From Botryllus schlosseri (lineage: Eukaryota), in assembly GCA_051294905.1 (NCBI GenBank), contig CM119373.1, positions 2,170,001-2,234,000 on the forward strand: DNA of 64,000 nucleotides, written 5' to 3'. The position numbers were made by a program, and so were the translations under genes. Under the pieces are notes generated by a model. The model was not told where the DNA came from. It worked only from the letters and a program-made list of their open reading frames with translations, and searched no databases. Shown here piece after piece: positions 49,561 through 61,429 of the stretch; position 1 is the first letter of the stretch, and each line of letters begins with the position of its first letter.

Positions 49561-51391
49561 AATTCGGTTGCTGTACATTTCCAGCTGCCTCTTGGTCCCC
49601 ATCTGGTGAGCAGCATAGAACATCACCAAATATATGAGTAGGATTACGAGACTATGTCTTGCCATGCACTCACATCACTCAGAATGAATAGACTGATCAG
49701 TACCTCGAGAGGTCGGAATGATCTCGCAATCTGGATATCAGCGCCAGCGTGCAGAATAGTGTAATAGGTTGCAATGATTGTGCGGCCCAGACACCCACTA
49801 GGTTTATATAAAAGCGTATGCATGCGATTCATGTTCACTGTTCATGTTCACGCACGTTTTATATGTATTTATAAAAGTCCTACATTTTACATCACACAGC
49901 AGCTTGTATGCCGATATGATTCCAGGCGACTTAATATATACCATCTCCACGTATAAATTTATGACCTCCTTCAAACCGTGCGTTGCGACACGGATGATCT
50001 CGTGTCGTCCATTATTGACGTGATTGACCGAACGTAGTCAGGTCACGACAGTTGTATCCAGCTAGGCGACACGCATGTCACACAATTAGGCGTAAAACAA
50101 TTAATACACTGTTGCGAGTAGATAAGGCGCTGACACTTCGGAATTAAGTTCACTAAAATAGGATTAAGCCTTCCAGGTCACTATAGATGAATCAACGCCT
50201 GTTCGGATTCTGTGACACCGAAACTAAACCATGACTGGCGTTGTAACATGTCGGTTGTTCACTATACGCAATTATTGACCATGGCTCAATATTCTGAGAA
50301 AAGTTTTAGTTGTAGAGCAGTGGTTTTAAACTGAGGAACGAGTATCAGTGGTACGCGAAATCATTTGAGATGGTACGAATTAAATGCATGCAAAATTAGA
50401 GTTTTAACCATAGCGATACCATATGTCCTCTTTCAAAAAGATTTGTCCTCTTTCAAGAAGATTTGTCCTCTTTTTTCGATAAAATTAAAATGTCCTCTGA
50501 TGACGCTCAAATGTCCCCTTTTTGCGCATGGCGTCATCGTATATTCCAGTTTTTATGTCTGGTAGTGAAACTTGACAGGAGTGTCCCCTTTCTTGGACCG
50601 AAACCCTATTTTAAAAGATCATTAACGTATTTTTTTTCTAATTCAAGAACCGTCTTCCTCGAATGCCTAGTATAATACTTTATGCGTCATCCGCCCAGAT
50701 CCGCTTGTGGAGAAGAAACAGTCGGAACTATCAAACTGAATCGTGACTTGTTGGTGTGTGTTAAATAAGTAATCAGGGGCGGATTAGCACATTTCTTTCG
50801 AAATTTCCGGGCCCACTTATTTCCTAATCCGCCCATGCTAATAATCCTACGAATATTTGTAGTTGAGTTATTCCGTTAATCTGTTGGTACACAACAAAAT
50901 CATAAAACCTCGAGGCAGTACGAGGCGAGGAAAAGATTGCGAATAACTGTTGTAGATCATCCGAGATTTTGACTTGTGATAGGCAATTCTTATTGAAATA
51001 AATCGAACCTCATTAACCATCGGAGTATGTTACTTTACATTACCACGATGTCAATGAATGACAGATTTACATCGATCTTTTATCCGCTTCTGTGCGTAAG
51101 GACATTTGCAGATTGTACAGGTACACCCCTACATTCAACCAGAATAAATGTTTCCCATTGCTGAATATCACTTTCCAGAGATATTTTAACAATTTCAGCG
51201 AGTAGGCCCGCGTCTCGTGTTACAGTTATTGTTCCAGCGCGCATTGGCAAGAGAGCCACATTGTTGTGCTTGAAACACCACGTCCGGTTGCGAGCGTATG
51301 GTGCCCACGCCGACTGTACAGGGTTGCTGATCGGATCATACCGGTGTAGTTAGTGTCGAGTACTGGCTACAGCTGGTGGACGTGTGGCGCG

Positions 51392-51514
51392 ATGTGGCTG
51401 TGGAGTGTATTTACGCTGGTTTTGGTAGTGAGTATCGTTCGGTCGACGGATTTCGAAAGTGAAAAAGACTACGACAGCGAATTTGGTGAAGAATTCGATT
51501 ATCTTCAAGAACAG
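51392..51514 (+). CDS. M13 (neprilysin-like) peptidase, coding exon 1: signal peptide plus acidic segment
   Basis: ATG MWLWSVFTLVLVVSIVRS-TDFESEKDYDSEFGEEFDYLQEQ, donor CAG|gtaata, phase 0 compatible with the next exon. The link to the M13 exons is inferred from phase and composition. Confidence 0.7.
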
Positions 51515-53190
51515 GTAATATGAGTTAGTCGTTTAGCAAGGGCTTTTTGTCAGAAGTAGAAATAGACCTGTCTCTACAAAACTGGTTCACCGTCAACCGC
51601 GATAACGTCCGCAATCAGAGATTAATCTAGGGACAAGCTTTGAGATTGACAAGCTCTGCCTGTACTATATAATCCAATCTAAAGTAAGGTGTCCATATAT
51701 TAATTATACAGTGCACTGTACATATCCCTTCGGAACATTTACTGTCTCCTCTAAATGGAACAATTAAAATGTCCTATTTTAGGTGAAGTCCTACTATAAC
51801 TGAATAAAATAGCGTACATTAATGGTAGGTAACATCCAATGCTGGTGCGAGAAACGATTTTGAAATTATATGCCACCTTACGGATCACTAATCACGACGA
51901 CATCATAAGTTACGTTTCCTATTCTTGATACGCGATTTTAAAATGACTTCACCAACCTTGACCAAAATGAAATGTTGTACCTTTCTCGCTCAATATTCGC
52001 AGAGGTACTTGAAGTGGTCAGCATTACTATGACCCAAGTAGGTCTGGCAGATCTGAAGCAAGGGCGTGAAAAGTGCCAGAGTAAGATATTTGAAAGCATA
52101 CATTTAGTATAGTAAATAGGAAATGAGTAATCTATTTATGTAATATCGAGATGTAAGTTCTCGGCCACATCAAATGAGTGACGATTCCATTTATTGAGCA
52201 ACATTCGAAAACATATTCTTCTGCCAAGATACAGGGCCTCGTCTCGTTACGTTACGTCTCATCTCGTCTCGTCACGTTAAGGTGATAATTTGATTCGCAA
52301 AAGTGATTCGAAGCAATCCCAAAACCAATCAATACTGTACAAATGCCAAGGTGCAAAAAGAGTGGTTTTGAGTCAAAAACTATATCGATTGAGTGAATAG
52401 GAAAAGTCGGCAAAACGTACTTCTACTACATAGAAGTATTGGAACATGTAGAAAAAATGCTCTAGATAGCAACGCCATTATTATTTATTCTTTGTATCAC
52501 ATAACGTATTGAGCGTTGTCTCAAATGTCGTAATAAATGATTTCAGGGTGATTTCGTGTAACAGTTGCCTAGTAAGCTTTGTAACTTTTTTTTATTTAAT
52601 TAGTGCTTCAAACAGATATCAGACAACTCCTTTAATCGAGTATCGAATAGATCAGTAGACTGCGAATATCCAGGTCATAACCTAAACTGTAAATGTTCAG
52701 AGTAAACTATAGCAAGCGATGCTAATCCGAGAACGCACCAAGGCGCAATATTCTCATGCGCTCATATTCCTATGACGTAAATCACAAGTCCATAAACTTT
52801 GGTATTCCCGTTTCTGTCACATCTATCGAAAAGAAAATTCCGGGTGTGAATTTTGTACGTCTAGAAAATCCCACTATTTGGTTATTCGTCGCGGCAGGCC
52901 TGACCATCTCGCGGATCTACGCGGGAAGTTGTGGAAATGTTGTTTCGGCTGTTTCAATCCTTAGACGGCGTATGTCCAATTACGTTCACTACCACTTGTT
53001 TCGGATCGCGATCTCTCCATGAAACTTTACAAGAAATTTTCCGTTGACGCCATGTAGGTAGATGCGCACTAATAGCAGAAATTGCAAAATTACCGAAATA
53101 TTACCGATGCAGAACAAATTTAGTCGATGAGAAACATCAGTCAACAACTCTACATCATTGTCGATAGCTATAGTTAGGTATGACTCATGT

Positions 53191-53479
53191 CAGTGGTTCC
53201 CACCTTTTTTCTTCATTCCCCACTTCATATTCATTCCGAGCCTTAATTCCCCACTACCCAAAACTCCTATATCCACTTTAAAATAGGATTGCCATATGTT
53301 GAGATGCTGAAAATGGGAAACTTTTTTTTATAAATAACCGCCAATCGCGCATGTCTCTCCGTAAATATGTAGATTGTGATGTATACAATGTTTAACAAAT
53401 GCGTCTATTCCCCCCCCCCCCCCCCGATACCATTGAGGTCTTCACAACTGGGGAATTCTCCGCCGGTTGGGAACCACTG
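53191..53479. mobile_element. hAT (Buster/Charlie-like) MITE in intron 1
   Basis: 12-bp TIR CAGTGGTTCCCA; TSD ACTCATGT/ACTTATGC (6/8). Confidence 0.8.
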
Positions 53480-54954
53480 ACTTATGCTATTACTTCTTAT
53501 GGGGTTGTCGAGTTACCGCAAGTATAATATGGCCACGTTCGCAGTTGGACAACACCTGCAGAAATATCGCGTAATCTATCATTAATTGTAATCGGTATCT
53601 CTTACGAGAAAATTCTCGTTTTAGAAAAAATATGATGTAAAATTCACGCGTTTTTTACAGAATGGGAGAGTTCCAATTTCTGTTGAATTGCAACGTGAAG
53701 CTAGAGCTATCTCCGCCAATATCAAACTTTCGCTATAAGGTGACCTGTGTTCGTTACGCATCAATAGATCATTGACCTCACGATTCTGTTAAACTGTTAA
53801 GTGTCCCTAAATATCTGCGGCTGTCAATCATGCCAAATTTTAATTCTGGCTACGAACATGGTTGCATATTTAATGAATAAGGCTATAGTCAGATGTCTGA
53901 GTAGCGAGTACATGCGTTTTATTGTGTTTCTGTATATGCAGTCTTGTACATTGATATAGTAAAAATGGGAAACGAAGGCTCGAACTGTTTGGATACCTCT
54001 GCATTAGGGCTTCCTCATGTAATTGTATTTGTAGAGGCTGTAATTTCAATCGCCGATAATTACCAGCTAGTTAACAGCATCAAATGGGAACAGCGCAGTA
54101 GAGCTTGAACGCATTTTATAATCATCGGTTAACCATATGAAAGGAAAGATATCGATATAGCAGTGGTTCTCAAACTGGGGGATGTGACAGCATCTGAATG
54201 GAACGCGAAACTCCGTTCATCTGAAAAAAAATTCGCGCCTGGCGCGATTTATACAAATTTCATAATTGTGGCTCTATATCTACTCCGAATTTCAGATGCC
54301 ATCAAACTATCCGCTGGGGTTTGTAGCATTCTGGTTGCATTTTGCATATCATAAAGGGGGGCGTCTCTAAAATAGTTTTGCATTATAGGATTCTCCGGAA
54401 TATGGCGTAAAAGTATATAAAATCGAAACTTGGTGCGACGGATTTCTTCCCAAATAACGTCCCGTAACTTCAGTCACATTACTGCACTGATTTTGAAACT
54501 TCTGACCTTGCTTATACATTTTCTTCGTAATGGTCACATTATTGATGATTCCCGATCACGCAGTCAAGTGCTGTCCCTGTGTGCATACTGTTGCTACGCG
54601 GGCTTGTAATAAAGCCCCTCACCCATGATCATAATTTGCGACTTGGTAGAAGTAGCCGTTGACGACAGTTGAGAACAAGGAATGACATATCGCCATGCAC
54701 CATTTTTCAAACTGGACATTATGACTTAATATGATCCACTACGTCACAATGGATCCATGAAGTCACGTCATATCTTAAAATAATCGACCCCTGCCAACTG
54801 TTATCCACCCCTCTCAAATCTTTATACTATAATCTTGATGGATATCTAGGTGCAACAAATGAAACTTTTTATCACTCTGCACTATATTTGGTCATTTTTA
54901 CCAGGCCGATATTCCTTAATATATATCCGTCGCTGTCGACTTGTATCACGGCCA

Positions 54955-55656
54955 ATTTCAAGGCATTTTAAAACACCGCTTACGCCGATCAGACGGCGAG
55001 GAGAAGCCTGGATTAACCTCCGCGACTCGGGTAGTAATTCTGGAGTCGACCTCAGCCGGGCTCGAGCCCGCAGCCTATTGGTGTTGCCAGGGTTGTAACC
55101 AAGTCAAAATTAAATCTCACTTTTATAGTTTTGATTCGAGTTAAGACGTGTATCATTTTTAATTCAGTACCGATCCAAGTCCGAGTCCAAGTCGGAGAGC
55201 AGTGGGTTCGAGTCACAGTGGTTAGACTCTCGTCTGAGTCCAAGTCATTGTCTTCACTGTCTACTTTCGAGTTCAAGTCATGTTCATTGAAATCTTTTCT
55301 AAACCTTGCTTGATATTGATTGCCGTGCATTGACAATATATTAATTTACTTCACTTTTAATAGTATCTGGTCCTATTTTTTATTTACTAACACTAAGAAA
55401 CGAAATACCAATAATTTGGTAACTTTCATATTTATGGAAATCACAATGAAATTACTGTATTGGCCGTCTGAGTCCGAGTCATATGACTTTGTCAAGACAT
55501 GCGCCTTTTGACAAATTGACTCAAGTCGAGTCAATTTCCGTATTGAAGAAAATGACTCGATTCAAGTCGAGTTACCATCGAATCGAGTCATGAAGCGAGT
55601 CATTACAAGCCTGGGTGTTGCAGCTCTGGATCATACCACTACGCCATTTCATCCCC
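54955..55656 (-). mobile_element. tRNA-derived SINE interrupted by a family A MITE
   Basis: After removing 55088-55613: A-box TGGCGTAGTGG (55646-55636), B-box GGGCTCGAGCCC (55069-55058), then GGCTGAGGTCGACTCC core and CGTAAGCGGTG tail. Confidence 0.75.
55088..55613. mobile_element. Family A hAT MITE
   Basis: TIR CAGG(G/C)TTGTAA; perfect TSD GGTGTTGC. Confidence 0.9.
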
Positions 55657-55686
55657 ATAATCTGACTATATTTTGCGATATACCAG

Positions 55687-55921
55687 AACGAAGCCGATGA
55701 GCATTACTTGAAAAATCAAGATCAATGGTCCGCCGTCGCCAGCGATCTCTTTCTCGAAACGGCAGAAGATGGGGATGAGAGTGACGAGGAGGAATTTGAG
55801 AATGCGCTGTTGGAAGAGATACGAACCGATTGGGCGGAACAATCTCTCGAGACTCGCATTACCGATATGTTGCGGCAGTACGAGGCCGAGTACGGCGTTA
55901 CGAAGCTAAGCCACAAAAAAG
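55687..55921 (+). CDS. M13-like peptidase, coding exon 2: acidic region
   Basis: ataccag|AAC acceptor, G|gtgagc donor; NEADEHY...EDGDESDEEEFENALLEE...KLSHKK; phase 0-1. Confidence 0.75.
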
Positions 55922-57924
55922 GTGAGCGGTTAAATCTGTCGTAGAATAGGCGAGGTAGGTGTAGACGTCGGACAGGGAAATGTTCGTCGGGTCTAATTGC
56001 TGTCGATGGAACACAATAGTTTTGTTCGTCATGTGACAACTATAGTGGCTCTTTTTGTGGTATTGGTGGTATTTCTTGACTCCTGCGGTCTTTGTATCGA
56101 TATTCTCTACTACTATACCAGTACACCACGTCATCTCGTCACCACATGTCGGAAATCGACAGACGATAATCTATAATTTTGGCTCCGTTCGGGAAATAAA
56201 CCAGCGGGAGAAAAGTATCATTGACCTATGTTTTGCATTTGAACATTTTGACGGTATATATGGCCACTACAACAATGATGAATATGTGACGTCGCGTTAT
56301 TAATCGACAAATCATATGAATCTGAGTTGAACTCTGCAACTATAGCATTCGTCCTGCTATTAAGTTCAAATTTATCGAATTTAGAATGTTTCTTCAAGCA
56401 TTACCCGTATGAGGTGTCGTGTGGTCCGAACTAACTGCTTAATATATAGGGACGAATCGGTTTGATACCACTAAATACCCTGATCAGACTTCCCTAATGA
56501 ATATTTATAGCGAACGGGATATATATAAGTCAAATTTATCCGACGGGAAATTGCCATAGCAGCTGTATTCGTGCTACATTGCACTCTAAACAAAAACATC
56601 CATATGTCAAAAACCCTACATGCACCGTTGCGTGCATTACATGTCTACGTAAATAGGCGTAGGCCTATAGTATTGCATCATTCTCGAACAGTGAATGCGT
56701 AATTACCCAGGTTAGTAAATTTCATTCGTATATGGCCGATAAGTCGTAATCTATCGGACTACTGTTTTGATAGATAAGTAGGCCTATTTATTCGCCAATG
56801 CCGAGATTGCACGGAAATGATGTGAATATGTACGAAATCAACTTTGGGATGGAAGTATATCTTGAATGAATTGACGCTAGGACTAGCCTGTATTGAACTG
56901 ACTACATTTGCACTAACTTTGATTGACCAGTAACGTATATCTCTTGATTTGCGACAGTACATGGTTTTATTTCAGACTTGGTTGAGGTTGGAAGCATGCT
57001 ATTTGGGTTATGGATTGATAATATTGCACTGACTATGCCGTCCATCGCCATATATAATATGCCTGGGTGTCTAATGCTCACAGGCAGCTATATATAAATT
57101 ATCCATCATATTGTCTTCCTGCTTCTGTATTTATACATATATTTCTACCAACAATAGTATAAACGTCATGTAATCCTGTATCACGTTGAGAATGACGCAT
57201 TTATTTAATCAGATATGTGATTTCAATAAAGACGCAGTGGCCCTTTAAAGAAAATTGTATCATAACACGGTTTGATTTCTTAATATGACCCGATATGACG
57301 ATAGCTTTCTACTAAGGAAGCTATCCTTTATCACGTTACTGCAACCAATCTAGATCCACGACTGTAGCGCACTTTAAACGTATTGCGACAATGGTGCCAT
57401 TCGGTGCCTTTCGTATAACGTTTTCCAATATACCCACGGTTTCAGTCTCGAGTTACAGGAAGCATTTACCGAACAATGTAATACGCCGGAAAGTCTATGA
57501 ACGGTCATATTTCGAAGGCTTCTGGAAATATATTGCGTAATGTGGGATGAAGCAAAACTTTCTCATGGGGCAGATATCATATTTGTTTCGTGACGGCGGC
57601 CCATTTCTTGCCTATGCTTATGCGATGCACTGCCTTAGTAATGTATATAGCCTCTACTACGAGCTCATCAAACTCAACCACCAATCAGCGACAGAATCAG
57701 ATTGGATTTATCCTTGTTTATCTCATCAATGGCTGCAAGAACATCTCGCAACAAGACAGCGGTAACAAGATTCACGCTAAATGACAACACGTGCGTAACT
57801 AGAACAAAAACTTGACTACTCAAAAGACGGTAGTTAGTTGGCCGTCAATGAACTAGATTGGTAGTTTGTATGATCCGTTCCCGAGCTGCCTGCCAATATA
57901 CAACAAGAACCAAATTTGTACTAC

Positions 57925-58085
57925 GCGTCTGTAACACACCGCATAATCGTATGGCGACGATGATCCTAGTTTAACCCTTCCCATTTGGGTCTGAATACTG
58001 GTGTCGACCTCAGTCAGACTAGACCCGAGGACCCAGTGGAGTTGCAAGGTCGGCGGTTTTCTAAATACCTCCCTATGCGCTCATG
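57925..58085 (-). mobile_element. Degraded copy of the GAGGTCGAC SINE family
   Basis: Aligns to 54960-55087 (ACACCGC...GGCGA...TTAACC...GTCGACCTCAG...GTTGCA). Confidence 0.65.
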
Positions 58086-58162
58086 ACACTTTCTTGTTCT
58101 CCATCCGTATGAGCATTGGTTTAATACAGATCAGTTATTTAGCATCGTTTATCAATTCCCAG

Positions 58163-58381
58163 GTGGATGCAACGCTTTTCGGGGAAGATTACATTCGAAG
58201 CACAGTTGCCAGGATAAGAAAACATTCTTAGGAACAGTGAAGGTCTGTCACGTCACCTGCAAGAAAGGTTACCACCTGAAGAAAGCGATCCCGCATTACG
58301 AATTATGCGGATTGCCCACGAAGTATAGATGGACGTATGAGCTTCGCGGGTATCGCGTCGCTGGAGAAGTTTGCTTGAAAG
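58163..58381 (+). CDS. M13-like peptidase, coding exon 3: 6-Cys sushi/CCP-like module
   Basis: aattcccag|GT acceptor, G|gtgatt donor, symmetric phase 1-1; CNAFRGRLHSKHSCQDKKTFLGTVKVCHVTCKKGYHLKKAIPHYELCGLPTKYRWTYELRGYRVAGEVC shows the C..C..C-x3-C-x2-GY..C..W..C pattern. Confidence 0.8.
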
Positions 58382-59184
58382 GTGATTGAATCTATGCGGG
58401 GTATTTGCTTACCTGCGTATAGTTTTTGTTCGTAATATTCCATTAAAAGCCAAATCAGCTGTTCGTGCTGTTACAAGGAAGCTATATAGCTATCGTGCGA
58501 TATTGGTGTACGGTGCAGTACCAAAGTATTACTAAGATAGAATTCTTGTGGTAGTGTCTAATTACCGCCTACGTCTTGACGGATCAAGGATGTCACAGCC
58601 ACATCCCCGGCTTACATTAGTAAATAATAAAGTCTATATAGATGCAGATAACAGTGGCGTGTAACGCTGAATGAATGGTAATACAATGATATACATTCAC
58701 TCAATTATGATGGAGAGTACCCTATCTCTATCAGATGTTACGTCACTCCACTCAAAGTCGAGCAAATTTCGTATATAACAATTTCCAGTGGTTTTCATAA
58801 AATTCATCCGCATGCTACTTCGGAGCTCTTGTTAGGTTATTAAAATAACGGTAACGCCTTGAGTTGAAATTCGTTGCAATATTTGCATGATCCACATCAC
58901 AAGGATGTCTAGCCTACTATCTTTTGCCTTGCTCAGTCACTTACAGCATGTCATGAGGGAACCAGGTAAATGGCACTTTCTAGTACAATATATTGCATTC
59001 ACTGTTATTCCAATGGGTGTAAATTAGTCAATAAACTAATCCTTGTTGTATACTACGGTCCTGATGGGGTTCTGTACCACCCCAGGAACATGACAGAATT
59101 GTAGTATAAGTGCGAACAGTACCCACCGCACCCCTGAGAAACATCGATAAAGTTTATAGTTGATGGTTCTATTTGACTTTTCAG

Positions 59185-59241
59185 GGAAGCAGACTAAAAA
59201 AATTCCAAAATCTTGCACGGATCCATACTGCGTGGCGACAG
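59185..59241 (+). CDS. M13-like peptidase, coding exon 4
   Basis: ttttcag acceptor; GKQTKKIPKSCTDPYCVAT matches the CxxxxCV.AA start of the M13 ectodomain; phase 1-1. Confidence 0.85.
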
Positions 59242-59303
59242 GTCGGTAATTGTGCCTTACATGAGACAACATAAATGCTACAAATAGCATTCTCTCATTA
59301 CAG

Positions 59304-59468
59304 CGGCGTACTACATGAATAAGATCGACTTCAGCGTGGATCCCTGCAATAACTTCTTCGATTACAGCTGCGGCAAATGGCTTAAAGAGACGCCGTATCC
59401 TGCCACAAGCAACGGGAGACTGATGACCTACTCGATTCTAAGATACAGGGTCAAAAAAGACATGGCAA
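59304..59468 (+). CDS. M13-like peptidase, coding exon 5 (Peptidase_M13_N)
   Basis: AAYYMNKIDFSVDPCNNFFDYSCGKWLK matches the hallmark MD.SVDPCDDFY.YACG.W motif; phase 1-1. Confidence 0.95.
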
Positions 59469-60076
59469 GTCAGTATCACAACGGAACTTATGTGCCATAT
59501 GCACGCTATTGCTACGACGCATAGTTTATCGCTTCGGTTCGAAGAATTAGGTCGCGAGTCACTTTATCTGTTGGCCATTAGGCCACGATAGCCAGTTGAT
59601 AATACCGAACATCATTCGCCATTTCGGCTACTTCAGACAACTCTCATATTCTTGAACATATGAAACCAGGCCGAGTCTAGATCGTTAAAACATATCTGTA
59701 ATTTGTGAGGCTACGAAGCCGGGTGATCCATGATAAAAGTTTGCATAGTCCGCCTTCGTGCCGCTTTTGTTGCGGATTGTGGACTCTACAGATTTAACTT
59801 GACGACCTTACGCAGAGAAAAGGATTTCCATGAAGTTGTACGATCTCCCTTCTGAAGCCGCGTTTAAGCTTAATTTGACTGTTCAAATTCGTTCATTTTT
59901 ATATAGAAGGATATTTTGAATATTAAAGATAATTTAGCAGTATTTCAGTTAGTTTGGCAATATTTCACGAAATATTACGCACCCATCAGAGCCTTGCCGC
60001 AGTTGTGAACCCTGGTGATTTGGAAGAACTCGATTGCGTTTTGCTATTGTCGACTTATTGTATACCACATTTTCAG

Positions 60077-60160
60077 AGGTTCTCTCGGTGCCTATCAAAA
60101 AATCCGATATATCTGCGGTGAAGAAGACCAAGACAGTGTATCAATCGTGTATGGAAACAG
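60077..60160 (+). CDS. M13-like peptidase, coding exon 6
   Basis: ttttcag|AG...ACAG|gtatgg; SAVKKTKTVYQSCME matches the A..KAK..Y.SCM motif. Confidence 0.9.
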
Positions 60161-60408
60161 GTATGGCCACATCGATAATAAAAATTCCCGATGTCATCAT
60201 TAGGTATAGCACTGGAGCTATCTGTTTTGCTACGCCCTTACAGAAATGAGTGCGTATTCTCATCTTAATAGAGGTACACGAAAAAATAACCTACCCTTAA
60301 AATATCGTTGTATGAATCAAGCACCTCAAGTATGTGAATTGCACAGAGCACACTCTTTTGGCTTGAGTTTGTACACAAGACTTCAAAGTAATCCGTCTTT
60401 CCTTACAG

Positions 60409-60605
60409 CTCGCATCAACGCCCTTGGTTCTAAGCCGCTGCTCAAAATATTGAAGGGCGATATCGCCTGGCCTGTCCTTGATAAAACCTGGAAGGAATGC
60501 GACTTTGATTTCGCAGCGACCTACGCTACTCTGAAAGGCAAGTTCAACAACGACATCATGTTCACGGTCAGAGTTGGACAATCGTTCGGTAGCCACGTTT
60601 TGCAG
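60409..60605 (+). CDS. M13-like peptidase, coding exon 7
   Basis: ccttacag|CT...CAG|gtaaga; ARINALGSKPLLKIL...WPVLDKTW...FDF is typical of neprilysins; phase 1-0. Confidence 0.9.
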
Positions 60606-60712
60606 GTAAGACAGATACCATTTACTTTCCTACATTCTCTCTGTAAAATTCAGCACGGTTATTGAAAGATACCTTCATGAAATGCTCTGGTATAGCCTAG
60701 TAGTGTATATAG

Positions 60713-61266
60713 CAGGGTGGAAAGTTACAAGTCACAAGGTTCCGAGTCACAAGTCGATCTTACTTTTATAGTTTTGACTTGACTCAAGTCGAGTCATTTT
60801 CAATTCACCACCGAGTCAAGTCCGAGTTCAAGTCAGCTAGTAAAGGGTCGAGTCTGAGTCATTGTGTTTTGATTCGTGTCCGAGTCCAAGTCATTATGTT
60901 CACTGTTCCGTTCAACCCACTTTTATCAACTCTGCTTGAGTGATATAGAATGGCTCGCATTCATAATATCGTAATTTTCCTCAGTCTTAACAGTTTCTAG
61001 GCCTATTTTCCAAGTAACAGGACTGATATACGAAATACCAATAATGTGCTAACTTCACTAGTCTTTGAAGGTACAATGAAATGTCTGTCTTCTTGGCCGT
61101 CCTGGTCTCGAGTCATACGACACGGCTGGAGTCATGCATAATGACTCAAGTTCAGGTCGAGTCAATACAAAAATTGACTCGAGTGGAGTCATTTTACGCA
61201 TTAGAAAAAATGACTCGAGTCAAGTCGAGCAACCAAAAAATCGCGACTCGAGTCATTACAAATCTG
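60713..61266. mobile_element. Family A hAT MITE in intron 7
   Basis: Perfect TSD GTATATAG; GACTCGAGTC arrays. Confidence 0.9.
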
Positions 61267-61369
61267 GTATATAGTTACTAAACGCTTATTGTAATAAATA
61301 AAGCTGAAATGAAACTATCCTTATAAACGCTTTGAATTGTCGTCGGTCAAAGTTATTATATTATTTCAG

Positions 61370-61429
61370 ACTTGGAAAGGAAAGACGTCGCTGCCGTACC
61401 AATACTATATCTTCGACAGATATTCCTCG
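61370..61429 (+). CDS. M13-like peptidase, coding exon 8
   Basis: tatttcag|ACT...TCG|gtgagc; TWKGKTSLPYQYYIFDRYSS sits at the position of the LGLP..YY motif; phase 0-0. Confidence 0.85.

Noticed and set aside
57970-58048. Apparent extra peptidase exon (FNPSHLG...VELQ) similar to 55030-55087
   Set aside because: The similarity is at nucleotide level to a SINE family, aligned frames contain stops, and the acceptor phase does not fit exon 2.
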